From: Flavobacteriaceae bacterium | Lineage (GTDB): Bacteria > Bacteroidota > Bacteroidia > Flavobacteriales > Flavobacteriaceae | Length of the DNA: 64,000 nucleotides | NCBI GenBank assembly: GCA_965218065.1 | Contig: OZ244589.1 | Location: 2,495,127-2,559,126, forward strand | Direction of reading: 5' to 3' | Shown here: positions 31,101 through 38,140 of the stretch, in pieces | Position numbering within the stretch: the stretch's first letter is position 1 | Layout of the letters: the number at the start of each line of letters is the position of its first letter | The notes under the pieces: generated by a model | The model's input: the letters and a program-made list of their open reading frames with translations, nothing else | Database searches by the model: none | Told to the model about the DNA's origin: nothing | Translations under genes and position numbers: made by a program

Positions 31101-31979
31101 TCTTGATCCCGTGGCATTTATATCTACTGAAGATCCGAATAGATCCCCAGAGGACCCCAAAAGAGCACTCCCAAGCTGAATCCATTCATCTCCAACACTA
31201 TCATATTCAAAAACATATACTTTTCCAGCATCAGTGCCATTAGTATCTTCTGATGGAGCCCCTATTACAATAATATCTCCTAATGAGTTAATTGCTATTG
31301 AAGATCCAAAACTTTCTCCTCCAGAACCCCCAGTAATTTCATCTCCTAATCTCGACCAGCCTGTATTAAAGTGATACACTTCAACAAATCCATCATTACT
31401 AGTACCTCCCTCTGCGCTGCTAACCACAACTCTACTTCCGTCATCATTTATATCTACTGATGTCCCAAGACGCTGATCATTATCATTTCCTTGTACTTCA
31501 TTACCTATTATACCTTCATTTATTGATTTCGTTGTAAATGTTGTCACTGTGCTATATGTGATACCCGAAGCATTGATTGCATAAGAACTCACATAATAAC
31601 CTGTTGAAGGAGTCAATGGAGCTATATAGCCTTGAAATACCCCTAATTGTATAGGGTTTATGACTACTTGAATCACATTGTTTTCTCCTATGGAAGGTGA
31701 AGAATCTGTACTCGAATATACAAAGCCTACTTCAGTTATTTCTTCACCTCCATTACTAATTACATTCCCTATAAGAAAAGCGGAATAATACGTAATATTT
31801 TGATTGGAAAGCATCTCAATAGAAACAGAAGGAAGAGAAAATAGGTCGTTAGAATATGATTCTTTGTCTTTTTTTAAAGGAGAAAAACTAAAGTAAAGTA
31901 AAACAATTAGGGGAATACAAATTCTTTTACCAATCCTTTTGATAGTACTATTTGTATATATAATCATCTTATTTAGCAT
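25104..31979 (-). CDS. Giant T9SS-sorted surface protein (FG-GAP-like propellers plus about nine Ig/Fn3-like repeats)
   Basis: 2291 aa. Two FG-GAP-like blocks (FGSSVDINATGSRIAVGA, FGHSVSMDSSGNVIAIGAPYDD and similar). At least nine ~95-aa repeats carry the signature (R/K)G(F/I/V)VYS..NPEIG. C-terminal T9SS sorting domain KVYNLLGKQMF...GIYILTLNY...KKVYKP. Confidence 0.9.
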   Translation of the reverse strand: MLNKMIIYTNSTIKRIGKRICIPLIVLLYFSFSPLKKDKESYSNDLFSLPSVSIEMLSNQNITYYSAFLIGNVISNGGEEITEVGFVYSSTDSSPSIGENNVIQVVINPIQLGVFQGYIAPLTPSTGYYVSSYAINASGITYSTVTTFTTKSINEGIIGNEVQGNDNDQRLGTSVDINDDGSRVVVSSAEGGTSNDGFVEVYHFNTGWSRLGDEITGGSGGESFGSSIAINSLGDIIVIGAPSEDTNGTDAGKVYVFEYDSVGDEWIQLGSALLGSSGDLFGSSVDINATGSRIAVGAKGASGSGAVIVYEYNGTSWVQLGATLNGGASDLFGSAIKMDSLGEKLIVGAPSGSNNGTDSGYIQTYQYTGSQWTQYGSTINGDSAGDQFGHSVSMDSSGNVIAIGAPYDDISGTDRGAVKIYEYNSTWQQKGVALEGKNNNDLFGYSVSISGNGNELVAGAPDFSSKTGMVEYFFYEYSDWSSISLNIQGDAPENVFGTATSISRDGSRFIIGAPSPNTAGGGILGRRGRGYVAVYASSQLPLVNTQPLSQAATFNGQIAFNGWDDITEKGIVYSAEEENPEIGLPDVIQIPLGSGEDDFDTNIIYNLTANTEYSIRAYGINNVGTSYSKVYTYLTGNSNSLTTNVNNTTSGTANIGGTILDDNGDTPIERGIVYSQTNTNPEINGSGVTKVVIDSSNSNYSQTITSLLSGTTYYTKAYIVNGSGTTYGSTVSFTTGDAPELTLNPTTQITSNSATLHASIISSNDVEIEATGFVYSSTDSNPEIAAPGVITIINGNEQAGSITISNTIAALTFGTTFYVKAYITLNTSETYYSSVDSFTTNLINISTNDSSDLTINSVTIGGNISDNGGNSITTRGVVYSSTNMDPELGSADVINQSDALVGLGSYSLELTGLSNSTTYYYKAYGINNTGTYYGEVKQFTTYGPVVISTSNINSVTINSALLGGVISDTGGATIEERGMVYSSIDSTPEIGETGVAKEINNSGLNTFLETITSLETFTTYYARAYAISNSITYYGEVKQFTTLNGSLGILTASESNLTLTSAVLNGTITDVSDGAVTEKGFVYSQTNQNPTINGFDVIVEVVALSGGSSEVGSYNTAVFPLLFSNYYYYRAYAKNANGITYGDTQSFITSILPNGSNPIGAHNNEYFGASHDINTDGSIVAITTGDGNQGVPPTSTPNVYVFTNTAGDWNPVGPTLPGENSVIESGGTISLNADGTRIAIGLPNVGPFVFRTETGNIRVYEYNGTSWSRIGQSIDAIADSDDTMGLGLDLNASGDIVAIGNRNSQLVQVYQYNNVSGSWEQLGNDISFGESSGNLNISLNSLVRLNDVGDVIAIGAPFNTAAAGEVRVYRYNGSAWIEEVQFMGETSGDLFGHSLDLNSAGSILSVGAPENNGRGAIYNYSFNSETSNWQLMGTPLMGPESDENFGASVSIDGSGRRLVTMSFGDEDNSNDGHYESNDTYIYDYDPMGETWARFVGEGALTLDTSLSTSGILTSPTARISKEGTLLGLADPREFLNGTDLGSVYYYTVPSFPVVNTKQITERTFSSGTIEATISSNGELSIIESGIVFSDTNSNPLIDSLGVDKAVNTVSLGDFTTTISNLSPETKYYYRSYAVNAYTISYGALDSITTRKIIELSTEITETTTNMTSLGGNITEDGGDTIIQRGIVYAPTSLNTNPEIGGSNVSEQVLGVGLGAFTQGIELELDTEYVVKAYAINQGGTVYGLSQTFTTYDGIITFSNPTNFGSWSDSNNWDHVRTPEPYDEVHINASSLAVLDTDVSINKLFIEPGATVNGLVINPGGSITIETELNNNGTISMQSGGSLIVNGTAINGVDSKISYSRTLPSSNWHLITPVISGDTVEDFLIRNNDIATGNGFVGIIYFDNSSPGYDGEGWHFYDPSSTGPMDNAIGYGVKLNDPGTIRFEGSGVFNDTDINISNGSVNDYNFIGNPYTSYIPANENADNINNILRINEDQLDEMTIWVWDQATSEYLVINHETSSRHLAPSQGFFVRAKENLNNGVFSYTKLMQSHQTDVFNRNAESQLNPNIKIKVSDTTSVKSTTVFYSDDATSDFDNGRDSSLFGASLDQLYIYTKLVSNSSDNSYAIQSVSKDYEALIIPIGVNIPSSSTVTFSVGKQNFPEDVNVYIEDRELNTFILLEDEGSEYEVTFNEEYNGAGRFYLHTTYGTLSTTEEEPLSSFEAYFKSENTLNIAGIYEDNVFIKVYNLLGKQMFKSKMNLSGNDNIEIPSLLKGGIYILTLNYKHVRLSKKVYKP

Positions 31980-32020
31980 TTAGTTTTTCTCAGATTAAAA
32001 ATTGGGGGTCAAGTGATACG

Positions 32021-34396
32021 TTAATCATTGATAATTTTTACTGTCGTTATCCTTTCTTTTTCTATGAAATTGACGATATATATTCCATGCTTGTAGGAAG
32101 ACAAACTTGATTCATATCTTTCTGTACCGCTTACATAAGATGTAAAAATCCGTTTTCCAGTGATGTCAAAAATTTCTACAGTTCCATTTAGACTCTTTGC
32201 TGACTTAATAATCAGATTTTTGCCTGAAGTAAAAAGGCGAAGGTGGTTGTTTTCTATACCATCACCAATCTCTAACGTACCGGAAGTAGTATGTATGAAG
32301 AAGCGGCTACCTCCCCGTATCTCATCGTTCGCAGTGAAAGTATAGCTACTATTTGTTTCATTTAATTTTGTAAAAGTATTATTCTCCCTGTCTTCCAGAT
32401 AAACATTTACATTTTCGGGAAAATCTATAAGTGATGCACTAAATGTTATTTCTGAACCTGAGGGTACGTTTAAACCAACAGGCACTATTATGTTCTCATA
32501 ATCTTCAGGAACTGACTGAATGGCAAAAGGTTCTTCATTACTGTTGTTTACTAAGAACGTATATACAGCTAAATTACTGTCTACGCCGGCTCCAGCGAAC
32601 ATAGGCCCATCATAACCATCGTCTAATCCCAACGAAGCGTTATTAGTGTAAAAAATTTTAGCAGGCGCTGCAAGGTTTTGAGTGTCATTCTGTATTGATA
32701 GCTCAATTTTTGATAAGTTGTTATTGCTATTTCTTGCAAATGTGTCAGTTGATTGATGACTTGTCCAGCTTTCTAAATAAGTAAAAATATCAGAAAAAAT
32801 AGCTCCTGATTTGGCCCTAACAAAGAATGCCTGACCGGGCGCTAATTGAAATTGTTCTGCAGCCACATGCGTTACATAAGCACCTCCATTCCATACCCAA
32901 ATTGTTTGAGTATCTATTAAACCAACTACTCCAGAAATGGTTCCGGTTGTTGTAGACAATGATTCTAGCATCAATTTACTGTCTAAATAAGATGGAAAGG
33001 GATTTCCAATCAGACTAAATCGATCTCCAACAAATCCATTAATTAGACTACTAGAAGACACATCTGAATCCGGGAAGCTTCCAATAACAGTAAAATCGGT
33101 TGCTCCATCCGACAATCTAACAGCATATGAAAAATTGAGTTCAGTATCTACTCCATTACCTCCTGGTTGAAGTTGGTTTTGAGTATAATAAACCCACTCA
33201 GAATTAATCCCATTGTACCTTCCTAGGGCAACATTTGGACTTGTTTGACCTTCTAAGGTACTGCCCGTTCTAAGGTTATTGTTTGTATAAATATCTCCCA
33301 ACGTTTCGCCCGCTACAGGTGCACTCATTAAATACCACCTAGAAGAATCTAGGGTTCTTGTATAGCTAAGTGTTCCGCCACCTGATGATGTGCCTATAAG
33401 ACGAATTGAACTTCCTGACTTTCCAGTTAAACCACCTTCATTGTTTAGATTTCCATTAATCGTTAACGCATTTCCTGTATCTATAATTAACTCAGCTCCA
33501 TTTTGGATTTTAAGATTATTAATAACTTCTGTACTTGACCCTCCAGTGATAGTAGCAGTATTATTTGTGCTGGAAAGAATTCTTATATTACTAGCTGGCA
33601 CAGGTTGTACCCCATTTACCCAGTTTGCAGCATTGGACCAATTGGAATTTGAACCGCTGTCTCCTTCCCAAACACAGTTTTCAGAATATGTGTATTTAAT
33701 GCTATTTACTTTTACCATAGTGAAAACTGTTGTAGAATTTATTGTGGTATCTGAATAAATTGAAAACGCGTTGATGTTTGTGTTGTTTAATGTGATTAGG
33801 TCTGTTTGGGTCACATCTACCGTGCTATTTGATGGGTCTATACTAGCCATTCTTTCTATGGTTACATTCATAGTGGTAGTAGTAATAAGTTCAAACCGCA
33901 GCCTGAATCGTATTGCACTGGTCGTATTATTGGAGGTAGAGGAGGTAATAATTCCTCCAGTGGAAACAATCTCCCATGCACCATTGGTACCATCCGTCCC
34001 ATCTAGGTTTACCTGAACAGCATAATTATTTGTTCTATCTGCATAAGAGGCTGTTACTGAAGGTGAAGAAAGTAGTGCAACTCCAATTTGGTTGGTCTCA
34101 TTCTGTATAACCTCTATATCAGTTTCAAAAACATCACCTATATCCATAGATATTTGGAGAGCATTACTAGCATTACCATTAGAATTCAAATCTTTCCAAA
34201 TTGCCACTTCAGAGTTTATAGCACCATTCTGATTATCTAACAAATAAAGAAAGCCACCAGAATTAATTGTAAGAGCATTACTGACATGTTTTGTATAAGC
34301 AGATTCGTCTAAATTATAAGAAACTTCCAATTGCCCATGAATTTTGATGCTTAAAAAGAAAACTACAATGAGTAGATATATATACTTTGCCTTCAT
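32021..34396 (-). CDS. T9SS-sorted surface protein, C-terminal paralogue of the 2291-aa neighbour
   Basis: 791 aa with a signal peptide. T9SS CTD VEIFDITGKRIF...GIYIVNFIE...VKIIND. Shared blocks with the neighbour include APGQAFFVRAK and FAIQSVPEDYENIIVPVGLNVPSGSEITFS...NVNVYLEDRENNTF. Confidence 0.85.
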   Translation of the reverse strand: MKAKYIYLLIVVFFLSIKIHGQLEVSYNLDESAYTKHVSNALTINSGGFLYLLDNQNGAINSEVAIWKDLNSNGNASNALQISMDIGDVFETDIEVIQNETNQIGVALLSSPSVTASYADRTNNYAVQVNLDGTDGTNGAWEIVSTGGIITSSTSNNTTSAIRFRLRFELITTTTMNVTIERMASIDPSNSTVDVTQTDLITLNNTNINAFSIYSDTTINSTTVFTMVKVNSIKYTYSENCVWEGDSGSNSNWSNAANWVNGVQPVPASNIRILSSTNNTATITGGSSTEVINNLKIQNGAELIIDTGNALTINGNLNNEGGLTGKSGSSIRLIGTSSGGGTLSYTRTLDSSRWYLMSAPVAGETLGDIYTNNNLRTGSTLEGQTSPNVALGRYNGINSEWVYYTQNQLQPGGNGVDTELNFSYAVRLSDGATDFTVIGSFPDSDVSSSSLINGFVGDRFSLIGNPFPSYLDSKLMLESLSTTTGTISGVVGLIDTQTIWVWNGGAYVTHVAAEQFQLAPGQAFFVRAKSGAIFSDIFTYLESWTSHQSTDTFARNSNNNLSKIELSIQNDTQNLAAPAKIFYTNNASLGLDDGYDGPMFAGAGVDSNLAVYTFLVNNSNEEPFAIQSVPEDYENIIVPVGLNVPSGSEITFSASLIDFPENVNVYLEDRENNTFTKLNETNSSYTFTANDEIRGGSRFFIHTTSGTLEIGDGIENNHLRLFTSGKNLIIKSAKSLNGTVEIFDITGKRIFTSYVSGTERYESSLSSYKHGIYIVNFIEKERITTVKIIND

Positions 34397-34426
34397 TTCG
34401 CGTTTTATTTTTAGTTTAATAATTGT

Positions 34427-34582
34427 TTAAAAGCCAGTACCAGGATTAGTTGGGCTAGAAGCTTGTGCCTTTTTTGGCTGCAATAAGATGTAAGTTCCCA
34501 ATGCAGTTAACATAGCATACTTGGAATAGCAACCAATTTTCTTCATTGCTTCAGATCTTGAGATGTTTTCCTCTTTTATCAT
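34427..34582 (-). CDS. Possible 51-aa single-TM peptide upstream of the T9SS genes
   Basis: Own translation: MIKEENISRSEAMKKIGCYSKYAMLTALGTYILLQPKKAQASSPTNPGTGF. It lies 30 nt upstream of the 791-aa gene on the same strand and is below the track size cut-off. Confidence 0.3.
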   Translation of the reverse strand: MIKEENISRSEAMKKIGCYSKYAMLTALGTYILLQPKKAQASSPTNPGTGF

Positions 34583-34596
34583 AATTGTTTCATATG

Positions 34597-34618
34597 TTCG
34601 CAAATTTTATCTTGCGAA
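34597..34618. promoter_or_regulatory. Inverted repeat TTCGCAA-N8-TTGCGAA, candidate operator
   Basis: A perfect 7-bp inverted repeat lies just upstream of the small ORF and T9SS operon on the minus strand. A third TTGCGAA half-site is at 34651-34657. Confidence 0.3.
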
Positions 34619-34866
34619 TTGTTATCCATGATGTCTTCACAAAAATAGATTTGCGAATATGTATTTACGCCTTATGATGGGTAGACAAATAGGGGGACAT
34701 ACGAATAAAGCCTTTAAAAACAAGAGGTCAAAACAATCTCTTTATTCTGGCGTTAAGGAATTTTAGCGCATATTTAGCGCATTTGAGGTCTTTTTTTAAG
34801 TTTCTAAGTCATTTCAAACGAGTAAAAAACACGAATCGTTTCGAAAAAGAAGTATATCGCTACTAT

Positions 34867-36606
34867 TTAATTGGAAGTAATATCATTGATTCTTTGATAT
34901 TGATCTAGAAAGTTTTTAAGGGAAATATCTTTATTGAGATTAAGCTTTTTGCGCACTCTATATCTATGCTTTTTTACAGAATCTTGCGTAATACTTTTAA
35001 GTTCACTAATTTCTCTAGATGTGATATCTAGAATCATAAGTGTACAAAGTTCTAAATCATTTTCTGTTAGGCTAGGAAATTCTTCTTTTAATTTAGCAAT
35101 TAAGTCGTACCTTTTCTTATCAAGTTGCTCTCTAATTAACAACTTTCTCCTATTCCCATTATTGCTTGCTCTAAGCTCTAGCAGTACTTTGAAAAAATTG
35201 AAATTTTTGGTCTTCTTATATATTTCAGAAATTTTTTGTGCTATTTGCTCCTTTTCTTTCATTAATCTGGTAGATTCAACAAGTAACGATATTGATTCTT
35301 TATCCTTATCATAGAGTCTATTCTCAATATTAATTACCTTATTTGATAATTCAAAACTTTCTTTTCTACTATTATTCAGCGCTACGTAGTTTATTAATAT
35401 TTGAATTAAAATAATGAGTAATGTAGCAATGTTAGAAAACATTTGTCCCCCAATAGATAATTCTAATTCAATAAAAAAGTCTAAGAAGAAGAGTGCAGAT
35501 ACAATAAATGTATTGACAAGTACTAATTTAGAATACGGTTTGTTTCCTATGGTGGCTTTGATGGAAAGGTAAATAATGTATACAAGTACAATCATTGTAG
35601 ATACATTATAAACAAGTAAAGAGTGTACAACCAAACTTGAAGAAACTAGCAGTGTATAAACAAAACAAGATGTATTTAAAATCATGACTAGGTTTCTGAT
35701 CCAGTTTTTTCTTTCTTTAGCAAGTATCTCTTTGTAATAAAATAGAAAAATGACAGGGGTAAAATACATGGTTATATACCTCCACATTAAAATAATATCG
35801 AAATTGATACCTGGAAATAACTCATAGATAACAGTTTGATCTACAAATAACTGCCTAGAACCAATAAACAAGCAAAAAAGGACAAAGTAGATTAATACTC
35901 TTTTTTTACTAATAAATAAATACACAAATAAGTGAATGAGAGCAATCATCAACATAAAAAAGCTCAGGGAAAATTCTAAGAGTCTATCTATTCTTTGTTC
36001 TTTAGTAAACGTTTCAATAGTAGAGAAGTAAGTATCGTATATAATTCCACCACCATATCTTTGATGATTATTAACAATAGATATTACAAGATCTATCTCT
36101 TTTTCTCTAGGTAATGCAAAAAATAGTGGTTTGCCATCGGGCACAGATTCTATATAATTTTTAGAAAAAGTCCCATGTTCTAATAATTTCTCCCCATTAG
36201 CCCATATAATACAGGCCGAAGAGACCCTTTTTATCTTCATAGCTAAGTTTAAATTAGTTGCCTGATTATTGATTTTTAATCGGAATGTCCCATAGCCTTT
36301 TGGAGGGTGACCATACTTAGACCATGAATCGTCCTTCATGGATATAAACTCTGCATCTGTTAAAAACTCAGCATTATAACTATTAACCGAGTCTAGTGGT
36401 AATTGATTCCAGAAAAAGAGCCATGCTCCTTGAAGTTTCTTAATCTTGAAATTATCAATCTCTTCTTCAAGAACTAGAATTTCTCCCTCCTTTTGTTCTT
36501 GGTTTGAAATATTTTTAGGTTGGCAAGCCCAAAAAAACACTCCAGCAACTAAAAACAACAGAGCTTTTACCGTGCACATGTAATAACATGACCATTTTGT
36601 ATACAT
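34867..36606 (-). CDS. 7TM sensor fused to a LuxR/GerE-type HTH (one-component regulator, 7TM-DISM-like)
   Basis: 579 aa. An N-terminal periplasmic domain and about seven TM helices, then a coiled coil. C-terminal HTH LTENDLELCTLMILDITSREISELKSITQDSVKKHRYRVRKKLNL. Confidence 0.75.
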   Translation of the reverse strand: MYTKWSCYYMCTVKALLFLVAGVFFWACQPKNISNQEQKEGEILVLEEEIDNFKIKKLQGAWLFFWNQLPLDSVNSYNAEFLTDAEFISMKDDSWSKYGHPPKGYGTFRLKINNQATNLNLAMKIKRVSSACIIWANGEKLLEHGTFSKNYIESVPDGKPLFFALPREKEIDLVISIVNNHQRYGGGIIYDTYFSTIETFTKEQRIDRLLEFSLSFFMLMIALIHLFVYLFISKKRVLIYFVLFCLFIGSRQLFVDQTVIYELFPGINFDIILMWRYITMYFTPVIFLFYYKEILAKERKNWIRNLVMILNTSCFVYTLLVSSSLVVHSLLVYNVSTMIVLVYIIYLSIKATIGNKPYSKLVLVNTFIVSALFFLDFFIELELSIGGQMFSNIATLLIILIQILINYVALNNSRKESFELSNKVINIENRLYDKDKESISLLVESTRLMKEKEQIAQKISEIYKKTKNFNFFKVLLELRASNNGNRRKLLIREQLDKKRYDLIAKLKEEFPSLTENDLELCTLMILDITSREISELKSITQDSVKKHRYRVRKKLNLNKDISLKNFLDQYQRINDITSN

Positions 36607-37063
36607 AAGGGACTAAAAAATTGCTTAGGAGGAGGAATATCAAATATAAGCTGAATTAATTAAAAAAGTGATTATTTCTAACATTTTAGAACTGAAAAAT
36701 AAGGGTATCCCTCTGTTAAAAGAATCAAAACGGTTGTTCTATTACATTTTGGACATAGCAATTTCTCCATGTCCTAATTTACTGCATTAAACGTTAACAA
36801 ACCCTGCTGCAATAATAACTTCTATGATCTTCTCAACGCTCTCAACATATGAAATAACTTAGAAAACCAGCAACTAAAATATTTTCTAACTACTGGTCAT
36901 CTACTATTTAAAAGCATCACTCCTAAAATGACATAGTTTACTACATTACCTGATGCTATATAAATTTTTGGGTCAGAATACCGTCGTTTCAAAGTTAAAT
37001 CGTGTTCCTGATTGTGTTCAGTTTCGTGTTCTAAGGTAAGGTATTGTTCAGTAATAGATATAA

Positions 37064-37100
37064 AAACAAACGGTTTAGAAGTGAACTAAACCGTTTGTTT
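37064..37100. terminator. Strong 15-bp perfect hairpin, possible bidirectional terminator
   Basis: AAACAAACGGTTTAG-aagtgaa-CTAAACCGTTTGTTT. T-runs flank it on both strands. Confidence 0.5.
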
Positions 37101-37250
37101 ATCTACTTTTTTATTTTGCAGCATGAATAGGATTTATTCATTCATTTCATTTCGGAATGGGCCTAAGAGACTGCAGCCCAACGAAGCTTATTTACAAAGC
37201 AAATTGCTCTTTTATTTTGTCTTGAATTTTGATGTAAACATCAATTAAAT

Positions 37251-37284
37251 CCAAAATAAAAGCTCCTTGAGAAATCAAGGAGCT
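37251..37284 (-). terminator. Native tRNA terminator now following the orphan tRNA 3' fragment
   Basis: The minus strand has the 10-bp perfect stem AGCTCCTTGA/TCAAGGAGCT with a 4-nt loop, then TTTATTTTGG. It sits directly downstream of the 28-nt repeat. Confidence 0.7.
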
Positions 37285-37286
37285 TC

Positions 37287-37314
37287 TTTGTAGCGGGAAC
37301 AGGACTCGAACCTG
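37287..37314 (-). repeat. Distal att repeat of the island: orphan 3' fragment of the tRNA-Met gene
   Basis: TTTGTAGCGGGAACAGGACTCGAACCTG is identical to 44892-44919. Confidence 0.85.
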
Positions 37315-37360
37315 CCTTGAAATCTTTAGCTACTATAGTACTTCAAGCAAATAATATTAA

Positions 37361-37384
37361 AAAGTACTCCTAAAAGTACACCTA
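37361..37384. repeat. Tandem 12-mers AAAGTACTCCTA / AAAGTACACCTA near the distal island end, candidate integrase arm sites
   Basis: They share the core TAC(A/T)CCT with the repeats at 44726-44759, in the same orientation. Confidence 0.35.
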
Positions 37385-37385
37385 T

Positions 37386-38093
37386 TTATGCGTACTCCCA
37401 TTTATACCCTCCACTACTCTTTCTTTCATTTCTACAAACTTTTGAGATAGATGATTTATTGATTTTTGTCTCTTTAGAAGCTAAAGAAACTGATTCGTAT
37501 TCTTTCAACAACTCACCTTCCATAGAATATTGATACACTTTCTTTTTTCTCAAATCTTTAGTGGGTTTAAACTTCTCAACATAATCATACGTCCAGTAAT
37601 AATCACCTAGTTTCTTATTAACACTAAGGCATACCTTACTTAACTGTTTTTTTGATGTTTTAATCGATTCTCCAGCACTTTTTAATGAATCATAAGTATT
37701 CACTAATTTCCCTTCAAGATTATACTGATATATAGGTTTCTTAATCCCTCCCCCTATATCAGAATTCAATCCTTTCTCCTTAGAATTATATGCTCTGATA
37801 TAATCTCTTTCTTTCTTTGCTAATTCTTCTATCGAGTTCGCAGTATCAATTTGCTCCCATTTGAAATTATCAGCTCCAAAAGTTGCTATTGCACTATAAA
37901 ATTTTGTTTTCTTATCAGATTTAGACTTCAATATTTGGTCAGATTTTCTAACTAAAATACTATTAGTTGTAATACCTATGTAAATCTCTTTTGTTTCTTG
38001 ATTTGTTACTTTGTACACTATATTTAAAATACCTTTCTTCATAATTTTTTTAATTTTTCTTTTAGGGAACATCCTCTCAACCCCTTTATTCAT
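37386..38093 (-). CDS. GIY-YIG nuclease with two NUMOD1/IENR1-like DNA-binding repeats (homing-endonuclease-like)
   Basis: IVYKVTN..KEIYIGIT, a downstream Arg, KKERDYIRAYNS and GLNS align by eye with the I-TevI catalytic core. Two C-terminal repeats are present: YQYNLEGKLVNTYDSLKSAGE...YYWTY and YQYSMEGELLKEYESVSLASKE...YKWEY. The true start may be the MKKG Met. Confidence 0.75.
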   Translation of the reverse strand: MNKGVERMFPKRKIKKIMKKGILNIVYKVTNQETKEIYIGITTNSILVRKSDQILKSKSDKKTKFYSAIATFGADNFKWEQIDTANSIEELAKKERDYIRAYNSKEKGLNSDIGGGIKKPIYQYNLEGKLVNTYDSLKSAGESIKTSKKQLSKVCLSVNKKLGDYYWTYDYVEKFKPTKDLRKKKVYQYSMEGELLKEYESVSLASKETKINKSSISKVCRNERKSSGGYKWEYA

Positions 38094-38140
38094 AAGCGTT
38101 TAATTAATGAATGAGCCAGTCAAATTGGCTCATTTTAAAT

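Noticed and set aside
25104-31979. Periodic ~285-nt repetition that could be read as a CRISPR-like or tandem DNA array.
   Set aside because: The repeats are diverged at the DNA level and in frame inside one ORF. They correspond to protein domain repeats, and there are no short identical repeats with unique spacers.
36930-37060. A minus-strand frame encoding ...EHETEHNQEH...NYVILGVMLLNSR, considered as a small gene.
   Set aside because: There is no ATG, GTG or TTG between the upstream in-frame stop and the end, and its 5' part is occupied by a 15-bp hairpin. I treat it as a gene remnant only.
37287-37314. A possible second tRNA gene at the left island border.
   Set aside because: Only the 3' 24 nt (T-arm half and acceptor 3' strand) are present, and the upstream sequence does not fold into a tRNA.
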